The notes under the pieces are model-generated. The model did not search any database and was not told the origin of the DNA. It was given only the letters and a program-made list of their open reading frames with translations. 64,000 bases of DNA. It comes from an uncultured virus (IMG/VR IMGVR_UViG_3300037466_002408). Its lineage: Duplodnaviria; Heunggongvirae; Uroviricota; Caudoviricetes. Shown here piece by piece: positions 48,807-58,841 of the stretch; the first letter of the stretch is position 1; each line of letters starts with the position of its first letter. The stretch lies in the IMG/VR virus record IMGVR_UViG_3300037466_002408; one strand, written 5' to 3'. The translations under genes and the position numbers were made by a program.

Positions 48807-49826
48807 TTATGCCTCTAGAATCGCTTCTGTTAGTTTTGCGGTTAGCTCTGAATCATCATTGAGATCCTTGATTAGGGCTTCCTTACCTTGCCATTGACGC
48901 CCGTCGAACTTGTACCAGGCACCACCCTTTTCAATCACATTCTTCTCTAGTCCTTGACTGACGAGGCAGAATGCTTTGTTGAATCCAACGCCCCAATCAA
49001 GTCTGAATAAAGCTGTCTGTTGAGGGGCGGAAGTTTTATTCTTAATTGTCTTTGCGCGAATAATATGGCCGACCTTCTGACCAGCTTCCTCAACATCTTC
49101 TGCGCGGCGAATATCTAGGCGGGTAGAACAGGCGAATTTAATACCGCGACCGCCAGTGGTTGTCTCAGGATTACCATAGCCGCCAATCTTCTCGCGAAGC
49201 TGATTGATAAGAATCAAAGTACCATTCTTTTCGCCAAGCAAAGGAACAACCTTACGCATGAACTTGTTATTCATCTTGGCTGTGCCACCCATTTGTTGGT
49301 CTTCCATATCGCCTTCAACTTCAACCTCTGCGGCCATTGCAGCAACGGAGTCGATAACAACAAGTTCAATACCATCTTCAATCATCAGCAGAGCGACGTT
49401 ATAACCCTCTTCGGCAGTTTCGGGCTGGCTGATTAGAAGCTCGTCAATTTTTAGGCCAAGCTCTTGAGCATAACTAGGGCTGAAAGCGTGTTCGGCATCA
49501 ACGAGGCCAACAGTGAGGCCAGCCTGTTGAGCGGCGATCATCGTCTGGATAACAACAGTCGTTTTGCCAGTTGACTCAGGGCCGTAAATTTCATGAACAC
49601 GACCCTTGGCCCAGCCATAACCATTTGAGCCCTTGCCAAGAATCAAGTCCAATGACAAAATGCCGGAAGAAAGACGCTCAAGAGTGAGGTCATCATCCTC
49701 GTCATACATCTGCACAACAGCCTTCTTAAACTGCTTGTTGTACTTTTCCTTTAGCTCTTGTAGTTTCTGCTTGCGAGTATTCTCAACAACAGTATTTGTA
49801 TCTTCTACCTTCTTAGGTCTTGCCAT
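48807..49826 (-). CDS. recA: RecA recombinase
   Basis: EIYGPESTGKTT, VDAEH, SQPETAE, VIDSVAA, INQLREKIG, TTGG. Confidence 0.95.
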   Translation of the reverse strand: MARPKKVEDTNTVVENTRKQKLQELKEKYNKQFKKAVVQMYDEDDDLTLERLSSGILSLDLILGKGSNGYGWAKGRVHEIYGPESTGKTTVVIQTMIAAQQAGLTVGLVDAEHAFSPSYAQELGLKIDELLISQPETAEEGYNVALLMIEDGIELVVIDSVAAMAAEVEVEGDMEDQQMGGTAKMNNKFMRKVVPLLGEKNGTLILINQLREKIGGYGNPETTTGGRGIKFACSTRLDIRRAEDVEEAGQKVGHIIRAKTIKNKTSAPQQTALFRLDWGVGFNKAFCLVSQGLEKNVIEKGGAWYKFDGRQWQGKEALIKDLNDDSELTAKLTEAILEA

Positions 49827-49856
49827 ATATCCTCCAAAATTTCATCAAGTACACAC

Positions 49857-49885
49857 ATCTTAATATTGTCAAGAGTCGCGGTCAA
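49857..49885 (-). promoter_or_regulatory. sigma70-type promoter with GACTCT box (recA)
   Basis: TTGACC-gcgactcttgacaatat-TAAGAT. Confidence 0.7.
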
Positions 49886-49902
49886 ATAAAAAAGCAGGTG
49901 GC

Positions 49903-50400
49903 TTACGCCACCCGCTCATATTTGTAGAATCTAACACCTTCATCCCTTGATTGTTCAACTAATTTAAAGTCTTTGTACAACCCTCCTGGCATCAAGCAAT
50001 CGCCGTCTGAAAAATCCTCAATTACAGAAACATACATTTCTTGAATATGCGGCAGAGCCTCTAAGATTGTCTTTGGTCCGCCAATAATCCATAAATCCAT
50101 TTGCTTGTTTCTTGGCTCATGTTCTTTATAACCGATAATTGCGTTTTCAACAGAATGAACAAGAATTAAATTAGGATTCAGCCTTTGGTTATATCCAAAA
50201 CTAACAACCCAATTGTCTCTATTGGGCAAAACCTTTTCATCAATTAGCTTCCAGGTGTTATAGCCCATAACAATGATGTGTCCGGTGGTCAATTCCTTGA
50301 ATCGCTTCATGTCAGCGGGGCACTTCCAGGGAAGTCCGTTCGGCGCTTTAGAGTCACCCATCACGCCTTTTTTGTTGATGGCAAAAATTGCTTTAATCAT
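49903..50400 (-). CDS. folA: dihydrofolate reductase
   Basis: [30 protein letters not shown]. Confidence 0.92.
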   Translation of the reverse strand: MIKAIFAINKKGVMGDSKAPNGLPWKCPADMKRFKELTTGHIIVMGYNTWKLIDEKVLPNRDNWVVSFGYNQRLNPNLILVHSVENAIIGYKEHEPRNKQMDLWIIGGPKTILEALPHIQEMYVSVIEDFSDGDCLMPGGLYKDFKLVEQSRDEGVRFYKYERVA

Positions 50401-51239
50401 ACCGCTACCTTACCAGCCAGAGGACCGTGAGACTCATAACCAACCAGTTCGAAATCGCCAGGAGTAAACGAGAAGATATCAATTACCTCGGGATTAATCT
50501 TTAGCTTTGGCAAAGGCAAAGGTTCTCGACTCAACTGAGTTTGAATCTGCTCAATGTGATTGGTATAAATGTGAGCATCGCCAATCGTATGAATAAATTC
50601 GTGAGCCTTCAATCCGGTTACTTGGGCAACCATGTGAAGTAGCAAACTGTAAGAAGCAATATTGTAAGGCACTCCAAGAAAGAGATCGGCAGACCTTTGA
50701 TAAAGTTGTAGAGAGAGTTTATCATCGTTGCTCACATAAAACTGGAAGAGCGTGTGGCATGGGGGAAGTGCCATATCCTTCATTTGGCCTGGGTGCCAAG
50801 CAGAAACAATAAGGCGTCGAGAGGAAGGATTGGTTTTGAGTTCGTTGATCAGCCACTCAATCTGGTCAACACCTTCAATGTAACCACGGGCATAATATTT
50901 GGTATCAGGATTGAATTTGTACTGGCCGAATTTTCGCCACTGATGACCGTAGATGGGGCCAAGTTCGCCGTTTTCATCAGCCCAAGCATTCCAGATGTTA
51001 ACGCCAGCGTCCTTCAAAGTGTTGTTGTTGGTATCGCCTGCCAAAAACCAAAGAAGCTCTCGGACAATACCGTTCCAGCGAACATCGGACATTTTCTTGG
51101 TGGTGACGAGAGGGAAGCCATCAGCCATCTTGTAACGGACTTGAGCGCCAAACAAAGAGATTGTGCCGACGCCAGTACGGTCCTCGCGCCTTTCGCCGTT
51201 CTCCAAAACCTCGCGATACAAATCAAGTAGCTGCTTCAT
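50397..51239 (-). CDS. thyA: thymidylate synthase
   Basis: [39 protein letters not shown]. Confidence 0.96.
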   Translation of the reverse strand: MKQLLDLYREVLENGERREDRTGVGTISLFGAQVRYKMADGFPLVTTKKMSDVRWNGIVRELLWFLAGDTNNNTLKDAGVNIWNAWADENGELGPIYGHQWRKFGQYKFNPDTKYYARGYIEGVDQIEWLINELKTNPSSRRLIVSAWHPGQMKDMALPPCHTLFQFYVSNDDKLSLQLYQRSADLFLGVPYNIASYSLLLHMVAQVTGLKAHEFIHTIGDAHIYTNHIEQIQTQLSREPLPLPKLKINPEVIDIFSFTPGDFELVGYESHGPLAGKVAV

Positions 51240-51252
51240 CTTCGTCCTTATT

Positions 51253-51438
51253 TTAACAATTACAATCGCCGTGGCAGGGGTCTAAACACTTCTCTTCCTC
51301 GGTGACTTCGGCGCCCATCTTTTCGAGCAATTCAACCAACCAATCTTCGCGAAGAGAGTGACCCTGCTCTTTCAATTCGCCGTTTACCCAAAGCTCGCAC
51401 CATTCTCCCCAAGGGTCGTTAACAATGTGAATCTTCAT
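51253..51438 (-). CDS. hypothetical protein
   Basis: GGAGG RBS before MKIHIV. Confidence 0.55.
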   Translation of the reverse strand: MKIHIVNDPWGEWCELWVNGELKEQGHSLREDWLVELLEKMGAEVTEEEKCLDPCHGDCNC

Positions 51439-51460
51439 AAATCCTCCAAGAGATACGAGA

Positions 51461-51543
51461 AGAGTACCACCTTGAAGAGTCGCGAGCAAGTTTAACTTTG
51501 TCCATTTTGGGTAATGGACCGGGACTCTCGGCTCAGTTAAGAT
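51461..51543. promoter_or_regulatory. divergent pair of GACTCT-box promoters
   Basis: Minus: TTGCTC-gcgactcttcaaggtgg-TACTCT (51461-51489); plus: TGGACC-gggactctcggctcagt-TAAGAT (51515-51543). Confidence 0.7.
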
Positions 51544-51700
51544 CTATATACCAAGAGACAATACATGATCTATATACATGATCTAGACATGAATTAAATC
51601 ATGAAATCAAATCAGACATGATAATTATTCATGATCAAATCAAATATTCATGACATAAATCCAAATAGAAATATCTGATCAGACTACTATTAATAAATGG
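51541..51700. repeat. GATC/CATG short-repeat array related to 7106-7197
   Basis: 5 GATC and about 7 CATG; shares ATCAAATCAGACAT (inverted) and CATGATCTAG with the first tract. Confidence 0.6.
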
Positions 51701-51716
51701 CGAGCGAGGGAAGAAA

Positions 51717-52226
51717 TTGTCAGAAAACAATGTGCTAGTTCTAAATAACAGTTTTTTGCCTTTGGGTAATTGCAGTATTGAAAAAGCCATTTGTCTTTTG
51801 GTAATTGGCAAGGCAAATTCTGTAAAGGATTCAGATAAATCTGTCCGATCAGTTTCTACAGAAATCCCCATTCCTCTCGTTATTTATTTACCAAATGTCA
51901 ATTATGTAAGGGCAAAAAATCCGCCCCCGCCAACCAGAAGAAATGTCTTCTCTCGCGATAAACATACCTGCGTTTACTGTGGTAGTCAAAACAAAAACAA
52001 TCTTACCCTCGACCATGTTATCCCCAAAAACCGATGGAAAGAGATTAATCGGAAGAGTCCCTTGCATTATGGAATTAATTCCTGGCAGAATCTAACAACA
52101 GCATGTCGTGATTGCAATGCTTATAAAAGCGACCATCTGTTAAGTGAGCTTGGTTGGCCCGAAATCCGCCCCAAAGCACCACTTACTTCCCTCGATATCC
52201 AATGGGACCTTATTATGGAGTCATAA
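51717..52226 (+). CDS. HNH endonuclease
   Basis: VLVLN, RRNVFSRDKHTCVYCG, TLDHVIP, WQNLTTACRDCN. Confidence 0.88.
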   Translation: MSENNVLVLNNSFLPLGNCSIEKAICLLVIGKANSVKDSDKSVRSVSTEIPIPLVIYLPNVNYVRAKNPPPPTRRNVFSRDKHTCVYCGSQNKNNLTLDHVIPKNRWKEINRKSPLHYGINSWQNLTTACRDCNAYKSDHLLSELGWPEIRPKAPLTSLDIQWDLIMES

Positions 52227-52695
52227 TGATTGTATATGCTGTAGAAATAAACGGAATCGTTGTGTCTTTACACAAAAATAGAATCAAAGCTACTGAGAGA
52301 GTGATTGATCTTGTTAATAATTGGGGGCGCCAAGCGAAAGTCGCCGAAATGAAAGTAGAGGATTAATATGCAAAAGTATCAACTAGCTAAGGACGTGCAA
52401 GTTCAGGTCTTGGACCGAATTGCCACCTTCATTGAGAATATCGCCGAGGAATACATTCTAGAAGATGTAGACTTCCTCGTTAAGTGTAAGCCCGATGAGA
52501 TTTTAGTAGAGGTGTACAATGGTTAGTTTTTGTGGTTGGTTTATTCTTCTATTTTTCGGACTAAGTGTTTTCTTTAACTTTATTGATATGGTTTCAAATA
52601 AAGATGAAGAAATGCGTTATATGGCTCTAGGCAGAATTATCATGCTTTCTCCTGTCCTGTGCTATACGTACCTCACAATGTTTGGTGGACAATAA

Positions 52696-52914
52696 ATGAC
52701 AATTGAACCCAAACACATCTTTCTAACAATGATTGGCGTGGAGGGTGATGAATCCGTCAGACATACAATTGTTGTTAATTCTCTGGACGAAGCGGAAATT
52801 ACCGCCTTCTTCATCGAAGAGGTTTTCGGCGGAAAAGCAATCGTATCCCTCGGCTCAGCCTTAGAAACTGCCGAAGTCATGTACATCACCCCCGCCTGTA
52901 AAGAACTAAAGTAA
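52696..52914 (+). CDS. hypothetical protein
   Basis: 72 aa ORF in the plus-strand run. Confidence 0.5.
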   Translation: MTIEPKHIFLTMIGVEGDESVRHTIVVNSLDEAEITAFFIEEVFGGKAIVSLGSALETAEVMYITPACKELK

Positions 52915-52978
52915 GCTAAAACGCCAACGCGGGACTCTTGCGTTGTGCTAAAGTTATAAGGCATACGAGAGGTACGAA

Positions 52979-54010
52979 ATGACCACTAAATTAGATATTT
53001 ACAACTTTTGTAAGCGCAAGCGAACCGATGGTTATGAATGGAATCAAATCCATGCTTTCGCCAAGAAGGATAACCTGATTGGCAAGAATACCAGCATTGA
53101 TGACTTGATTAAGGTCTATCAAAATGTTGCTGGCGAACTTGCCGCTTTTGGTAAGCTTGAGCAGATGCAGTTTGATGAGCATCTACAGCAATTCTACAAC
53201 TGGCTTGGCAAGTCCCGTAATATCGAGAAGTCAAAATTTGCCAAGCAGAAGACCGAGAGCGAAAGCACTACTGTTGTAATTTCAGACGTTCATTTTCCTT
53301 TTGCCGACGAAGAGAAGCTACGCCGTATTCATGACGAGTGGGTTGGCAAGGCCGATTCAATGGTCATTCTTGGCGACTTACTTAACGGCAGTTCTCTGTC
53401 AGACCACGACGCTCATGAGATTGAGGATTTTCGCCTACAACTAGGTCAGGCACGAACCTGGATTGAGTTATTGGCTTCAAGCTTTGACCTTACTGTTGTT
53501 AAGGACAATCACGTTAATTCGCGTTTGGAGCGCCGTAAGGCCCGTGGTTTTTCGCCCGACACACAGTTCCTCGTCCAAGATCCTTATCGTCTACTTCTAG
53601 CTGGCGTAGATAACGCAAGATATTCAGCAGACACCCTAAAGACTCAATACAATGAGGAATTTGGTTGGCTCTATATCCTTGGTGATGATTGCGTTATGGC
53701 GCACGGCGAGGTAAGCGGTCAAGATATGGCTCCTGCTCGTAAGATTCAAAAGTTTGCTAACGAGTGGAAGCGCCACCTTGGAATGAAGGAAGTTCGTTGC
53801 GTTATTGAAGCCCATGTTCACAAGGTCGGTATGATTCACGATGATGATTGTGTTATTGGATATTCTGGTTGCCTTGTTACTCTTGACGGAGTGAAGTATT
53901 CAATGGGTGCCCGTGCCCAAGGTGGACCGCCTAAGAATGGTTATGCTGTTGTTCATCAGGTGAATGGTCGAACAGATTTGGAAAAGACTAATTTTTATAG
54001 GTTGGTGTAA
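52979..54010 (+). CDS. calcineurin-like metallophosphoesterase
   Basis: SDVH, LGD, DNH, HG, AHVH. Confidence 0.8.
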   Translation: MTTKLDIYNFCKRKRTDGYEWNQIHAFAKKDNLIGKNTSIDDLIKVYQNVAGELAAFGKLEQMQFDEHLQQFYNWLGKSRNIEKSKFAKQKTESESTTVVISDVHFPFADEEKLRRIHDEWVGKADSMVILGDLLNGSSLSDHDAHEIEDFRLQLGQARTWIELLASSFDLTVVKDNHVNSRLERRKARGFSPDTQFLVQDPYRLLLAGVDNARYSADTLKTQYNEEFGWLYILGDDCVMAHGEVSGQDMAPARKIQKFANEWKRHLGMKEVRCVIEAHVHKVGMIHDDDCVIGYSGCLVTLDGVKYSMGARAQGGPPKNGYAVVHQVNGRTDLEKTNFYRLV

Positions 54011-54150
54011 TGATGTTCTTGTTTACTTGTTTAGTTTCTGGTATTGGTGGGTGCTTGTTAACACACGACGACAATACTCTTAGAGCGTTTGGTGTGTATT
54101 TAATTGCTTACGCTATTACAGCAAATGTATTAAATAGTAAGAAGAGTTAA

Positions 54151-54393
54151 ATGTATAATTATGCAATTGCGTTTGAAGATGGAACACCACACGCATTAAT
54201 TCAATCACAAGAGCCTATTGAAAGACTAGCTCCAATTATGGTTGAGCAGGGCAAATATATGGTTGTTTCAAAGATTCCATATGTAAGCCTTGATGCGCCA
54301 GAAGTAAGCTGGATAATTGTTCTTCAGGACATGAATGAGTGGATTGCGGAGCAAGAAGAGTGTCGGAAAAATATGCAAATGGACCAATGGTAA
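54151..54393 (+). CDS. hypothetical protein
   Basis: 80 aa ORF. Confidence 0.45.
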   Translation: MYNYAIAFEDGTPHALIQSQEPIERLAPIMVEQGKYMVVSKIPYVSLDAPEVSWIIVLQDMNEWIAEQEECRKNMQMDQW

Positions 54394-54508
54394 TTAAGGG
54401 AACTGTCGCCCTTAGTCACCAATATGAACAATTCGGAAGAAAAGTCCGAGTGATTGCTTTTGCACCAGTTGACGCTAAACACGAACAACTTATTTTGGAG
54501 TACGTAGA

Positions 54509-55309
54509 TTGAATCTTGGTGATATTTTCAGCCAACAAGCTGACAAAGAAGCTGCGCCCAAGTTTGACGAGAATTGGCTTTTGCCGATTTTGACCGAGCA
54601 AATGGAGGCCGATAGTCGCAAGCAGGTACAAGAGACTAAATGGCGAGCTTCCTCAATTGGTGGGTGCCCGCGTTACCTTATGTACCAGCGCAAGGGCTAT
54701 GACGACAACAAGGATGCCAAGAGTCTGATCACTCTTTTCATTGGTACTCAGGTTCACGAATTCCTTCAGGGTTTTTTGCAGAAAACCGGCCTACTAAAGT
54801 CACTTGAAGAAAAAGTACGAGTAATTGACATTAACGATGCAGAGGGTTCATATGATGGTCTTCTCTCGCATCCTGATGGCGAAGAACTTCTTGAAATCAA
54901 GACGATGAATGTTGAGGCTTATCAGCGTCAGCTTCTCTATCGTAAGATTTACCCCAAGTACATTTTCCAAGCCAATTTCTACATGTTGGCTTTGGGAGTC
55001 AAACGTGCGCGATTTGTTTTTGTTAACAAAAATGGGTTGTTCACTCAAGAGTTTGAAAAAGAGCATAAAGGCGAAGGCCTAAATCCACTTTGGTTTGAGC
55101 AAATTCTATATGCTGACCCTAAAATCCAACAAGCTATCCGTGATCGTGTTATCGAACTCGATTCACATCTTGTTAATGAAACAATGCCGGAACGCAAGAC
55201 CGTTTCACAGTGTAGCTATTGCCCTGTGGCCGATCGTTGTAAGGCGGAATCTAAGCTAGAAAAAGCCGCTAAAAAAGCTGCCGATAAAACCAGCAAGTTA
55301 AATGATTGA
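54509..55309 (+). CDS. Cas4-like PD-(D/E)XK exonuclease
   Basis: SSIGGCPR, GTQVH, GSYDG, LEIKT, QANFY, CSYC..C. Confidence 0.82.
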   Translation: MNLGDIFSQQADKEAAPKFDENWLLPILTEQMEADSRKQVQETKWRASSIGGCPRYLMYQRKGYDDNKDAKSLITLFIGTQVHEFLQGFLQKTGLLKSLEEKVRVIDINDAEGSYDGLLSHPDGEELLEIKTMNVEAYQRQLLYRKIYPKYIFQANFYMLALGVKRARFVFVNKNGLFTQEFEKEHKGEGLNPLWFEQILYADPKIQQAIRDRVIELDSHLVNETMPERKTVSQCSYCPVADRCKAESKLEKAAKKAADKTSKLND

Positions 55310-55359
55310 TGGGTCGGTTGACCCACAGGTAACGTTTCTAGCCACGTAAAGGAAACCAC

Positions 55360-56100
55360 ATGGGCCGTTCAAGAAAAAAGTCATCCCGCGATCACTTTGA
55401 AGAGGATTACTGGGAGAATTTGCCTGCCGCAAAAACCGGCTTCTCTAACATCAGACTCATTGAAAAATTCAATCCTAGAACACAGGCACAACAAAAAGCC
55501 AAACAAGAAGTTAAAGAAAACGTCCTAACATTCCTAAAGGGCGAGGCAGGTACAGGTAAGTCAATCGTTGCGGTCGCTCAGGCCGTGGAGGACTTGAAAA
55601 ACGGCAAGGTAGAGAAGATTATTCTCAGTCGCCCAATGGTCGAAGCAGGCAAACCAATGGGTCATCTTCCCGGTACGGCAGATGACAAGCAGAAGCCTTA
55701 TCTTTTTCCTCTATTGGACAACCTTGAAATCTTCCTTGGCAAAGAGCAGTTAGACGAATTGATGGCCGAAGGCATCATTAAATTCGAAGCCATCAACTTT
55801 ATGCGCGGTAGAACCTTCCATGATGCGTTCGTCATTATTGATGAGGCCCAAAACGCCGATAAGAAGGAAATGTACCTCGCTCTAACTCGTATTGGTGAAA
55901 ACTCAAAGTATGTCGTTACCTATGACGACAAACAGTTAGATATTCCCGCAGCCAAGAGCTGCATTTCAGACATTGAAGAATTCAAGGGTCGCAACAAAAT
56001 CGGCTTCCACGAATTCACGCATCACGATATCGTGCGTTCTGAAATGTGTGCAATGGTTGTTCAGGTGTACAACGAAATTCAGGAGAGACAGAATGCCTAA
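55360..56100 (+). CDS. phoH: PhoH family ATPase
   Basis: GEAGTGKS, GHLPG, FMRGRTF, IIDEAQN, LTRIG. Confidence 0.92.
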   Translation: MGRSRKKSSRDHFEEDYWENLPAAKTGFSNIRLIEKFNPRTQAQQKAKQEVKENVLTFLKGEAGTGKSIVAVAQAVEDLKNGKVEKIILSRPMVEAGKPMGHLPGTADDKQKPYLFPLLDNLEIFLGKEQLDELMAEGIIKFEAINFMRGRTFHDAFVIIDEAQNADKKEMYLALTRIGENSKYVVTYDDKQLDIPAAKSCISDIEEFKGRNKIGFHEFTHHDIVRSEMCAMVVQVYNEIQERQNA

Positions 56101-56338
56101 GCGCGTAACAGAGCAGTATTTCTATAGCGATACTTTTGTTGATGTTGTTGATGGTCGCTATACTGTAGTCACCAAGGAAATGACCAAGCAGCAACTTCGC
56201 CATCTGCGAATGGTGATTAACGAGATTCTTGACGAGGATGTGGTTGTAGTTGAGGCTATTAATTCCGGTGCAGGTGGAAGTGTAACCACTAGGCCTCAAT
56301 TGCCTTCGCCTAAGCCTAAAATCATGGAAATGGGTTAA
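56093..56338 (+). CDS. hypothetical protein
   Basis: AGGAG RBS before MPKRV. Confidence 0.5.
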   Translation: MPKRVTEQYFYSDTFVDVVDGRYTVVTKEMTKQQLRHLRMVINEILDEDVVVVEAINSGAGGSVTTRPQLPSPKPKIMEMG

Positions 56339-56835
56339 TGAAAGTCATTATAACTGTTGACCCTGGGCTCCTTGCATGGGCCTGGGGTATCTACACCGAG
56401 GATGGCAAATACTTAAAATCGGCCACAGTAACATACAAAGGAAAACAATCTCAAGAGCATAGACTTAATGAAATCTATAATGAATTATGTGACGTAGTTG
56501 AGTCTCTTGATGACAAATATGAAATCGAACAGATTGTTGTTGAAAAGCAGTTTGTTGAGATTATGAGTCAGATTGTAGGCGTCATCAGAGCGTTTGCTGG
56601 TTGGGCCGAAACCCGCACTACACTGTTTGTCCCCGCTTCCTGGCGAAAGCTGGCAATCGGTAAAGGAAACGCCACAGAAGACCAAGTTAAAGAAAAGGTT
56701 CTCTCGGTATTCCCTGAACTGGCAGAAGCAAGCGAACACGAAATCGACACTGGCGCACTTTACTTAGCTTACCGAAAGAGTAAAGAGAATGAAACGACAC
56801 CTAAAAAAACTCCAAAAGGAAAAAAGCTACGCTGA
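56338..56835 (+). CDS. RuvC-like Holliday junction resolvase
   Basis: VDPG, RLNEIY, VVEKQF, GKGNA, HEIDT. Confidence 0.82.
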   Translation: MKVIITVDPGLLAWAWGIYTEDGKYLKSATVTYKGKQSQEHRLNEIYNELCDVVESLDDKYEIEQIVVEKQFVEIMSQIVGVIRAFAGWAETRTTLFVPASWRKLAIGKGNATEDQVKEKVLSVFPELAEASEHEIDTGALYLAYRKSKENETTPKKTPKGKKLR

Positions 56836-57154
56836 GATTACATTAGAGGACATGACCACCATCTATGGTTATGTTGTTGATGTTAGCGGCGAAACTTTCA
56901 CCGTGTATGGCCCCGACGAGATTCCTCAAATGTCGGAGCATGATGGTGGCAGCGTCATGACGGAGTTCATTCATAGGTGCGATTTGGTTATGAACATCAC
57001 GACCGACATTTCTCACCGTGTTCCGAGAGGCGTCATGGATGCTTTTGAGTACCAGCGTGATCGCTGGATGGCGGCTCAGAAATCGCCCAAAGTGACTCCA
57101 AAACGAACCATCAAAAAGAAAACAAAGAGTCCCTTGCCCTCGTCCCAAACCTAA
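56789..57154 (+). CDS. hypothetical protein
   Basis: 121 aa ORF followed by a terminator-like hairpin. Confidence 0.5.
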   Translation: MKRHLKKLQKEKSYAEITLEDMTTIYGYVVDVSGETFTVYGPDEIPQMSEHDGGSVMTEFIHRCDLVMNITTDISHRVPRGVMDAFEYQRDRWMAAQKSPKVTPKRTIKKKTKSPLPSSQT

Positions 57155-57488
57155 GATAAGATGGAGCCATCAAGTTGATTGATGGTTCTATTTTTTTAGG
57201 AGAGCAAATGGCTAGCCTTGTGTGTGCCTTTTTGATGTTCTTATTCCCATTTGTTGTTATGGAAATTTCCGGCGCAAACAGCACTGTAATTGAGCCTATT
57301 GAGTATTAGGAGAATTAAATGTACGACCTAAAGATGTACAAGGACCAAGAGCCTAAGATGGGTTCAAAGTTCCGCAATGTGAATGGTGATGTTGTTGGTC
57401 ACATTCAACCCGTCAGCATTCCCGGCAGCGTTCAGAAGTGGGGCGTTGTTCCCGCCAACGAAAAGAAGAAGAAGTCGGAGAGTAAGTA

Positions 57489-57722
57489 ATGAAGGAAATT
57501 CTATCTCTAGCCGCCGCAGCCTTTATGGTTATTTTCTATATTGGTCTTGCACTTGGCTCAATTTATCTTTGGCTAACCGGCCTGGTTGATGCCTTTCACA
57601 CCGCTTTGGCGATGGGTATTATTGCCTTTGTAATTCCGCCAGTGGCAACACTCAACGGCCTTCTCCTATTCTTCAATTATCATCTGGCGCATCAAGTGGC
57701 TCTCGCGCTTCATATGATTTAA
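57489..57722 (+). CDS. small membrane protein
   Basis: Hydrophobic throughout. Confidence 0.5.
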   Translation: MKEILSLAAAAFMVIFYIGLALGSIYLWLTGLVDAFHTALAMGIIAFVIPPVATLNGLLLFFNYHLAHQVALALHMI

Positions 57723-57731
57723 TGGGTTTCA

Positions 57732-57815
57732 GCTAGGTTGCCAGAGTGGTCGATTGGGATGGTTTTGTAATCCATTAGCGAAAGCTCACCGCAGGTTCAA
57801 ATCCTGTGCCTAGCT
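57732..57815 (+). tRNA. tRNA-Thr(UGU) with long variable arm (alternative reading Tyr GUA)
   Basis: Acceptor GCTAGGT/GCCTAGC; loop TT-TGT-AA; V-arm AGC-GAAA-GCT; T-arm GCAGG-TTCAAAT-CCTGT; no CCA. Confidence 0.75.
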
Positions 57816-57878
57816 CTTGCCAATTAGCTTTATCGAAGAATGTAAAGTTATTCATGAAATAATTTTCGATTCGATAAG

Positions 57879-58478
57879 GTGGCAAAAATGAACAGAAGTG
57901 AAGCTGGAAAATTAGGGAGTTTAAAAGCGCGAGAAACACACAACAGACAAAAACAAGAGCGCATAAACACATATAACCTAAATCCTACAAGATGTAAATT
58001 TTGCAATACAGCATTTGAGTACAGTAAACGTACCAATAAATTTTGCGGTCATTCTTGTGCGGCAGCTTATAACAATAAAGGCGTTAGGCGTCATGGTAAA
58101 TCTCAAAAAAGCGAATGTGTTAACTGCGGCAAAGAAATTACGAATGAAAAATACTGTAATATAAATTGCCAAAAACACCACCAAATGATGGAGAAGATTG
58201 AAGGCAATACGGCATCATCAAGGACAGTAAAGAAATATTTAATTTTTAAATATGGAGATAAATGCCAAAGATGTGGTTGGTGCGAGATTCATCCCATTAC
58301 TGGAAACGTGCCAATTGAACTAGAGCATATTGATGGAAATCACCGCAACAATAATTTAAACAATGTCATTTTACTTTGTCCGAATTGTCACAGTTTGACG
58401 CCAACGTATAAAGCCTTAAACAAAGGCAACGGCAGACACTCTCGCAGGCAAAGGTATAAAGAAGGTAAAAGTTTTTAA
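57879..58478 (+). CDS. HNH endonuclease inserted in tRNA cluster
   Basis: CQRCG, ELEHIDGNHRNNNLNNVILLCPNCHSLTPT. Confidence 0.88.
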   Translation: MAKMNRSEAGKLGSLKARETHNRQKQERINTYNLNPTRCKFCNTAFEYSKRTNKFCGHSCAAAYNNKGVRRHGKSQKSECVNCGKEITNEKYCNINCQKHHQMMEKIEGNTASSRTVKKYLIFKYGDKCQRCGWCEIHPITGNVPIELEHIDGNHRNNNLNNVILLCPNCHSLTPTYKALNKGNGRHSRRQRYKEGKSF

Positions 58479-58484
58479 GTACGT

Positions 58485-58559
58485 GCCAGAGTAGCTTAAT
58501 TGGATAGAGCAGCAGGCTCCAAACCTGCTAGGTGGGGGTTCAATTCCTCTCTCTGTGCG
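58485..58559 (+). tRNA. tRNA-Trp(CCA)
   Basis: GCAGG-CTCCAAA-CCTGC anticodon arm; T-arm GGGGG-TTCAATT-CCTCT; irregular acceptor end. Confidence 0.8.
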
Positions 58560-58563
58560 CCTT

Positions 58564-58640
58564 GTGTTGGTAGCTTAATCGGCAAAGCGAATGGGCAGCT
58601 AGCAGCCTTTTAGTTGTGGGTTCAAGTCCCACTCAACACA
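58564..58640 (+). ncRNA. tRNA-like RNA with non-canonical anticodon arm
   Basis: Acceptor GTGTTGG/TCAACAC, D-arm and T-arm intact; middle AATGGGC-AGCTAGCA-GCCTTTT. Confidence 0.7.
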
Positions 58641-58643
58641 TAT

Positions 58644-58716
58644 GTCCTCGTAGCTCAAATGGTAGAGCTTCAGACTTCTAATCTGATGGTTGCAGGTTCA
58701 AGTCCTGCCGGGGATG
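58644..58716 (+). tRNA. tRNA-Arg(UCU)
   Basis: TCAGA-CTTCTAA-TCTGA; canonical cloverleaf; no CCA. Confidence 0.9.
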
Positions 58717-58841
58717 CTGGGTATTACTTTCGGGGGAAAAGAACCCGAACCATGCAAAATGGTTGTTTCTTGAATTAGGCAAAGTTTGTCGAAAAAAGAA
58801 AATGAGAGATATTTGTGAAAATATCAATACCTGACAATTAT

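Noticed and set aside
54509..55309. CRISPR-Cas system suggested by the Cas4-like gene
   Set aside because: No repeat-spacer array or other cas genes seen; solo Cas4-like nucleases are common in phages
52052..57133. Extra AAGAGTCCC copies at 52053 and 57125
   Set aside because: Inside coding sequence and lacking a correctly placed -35/-10 in the motif orientation; not counted as promoters
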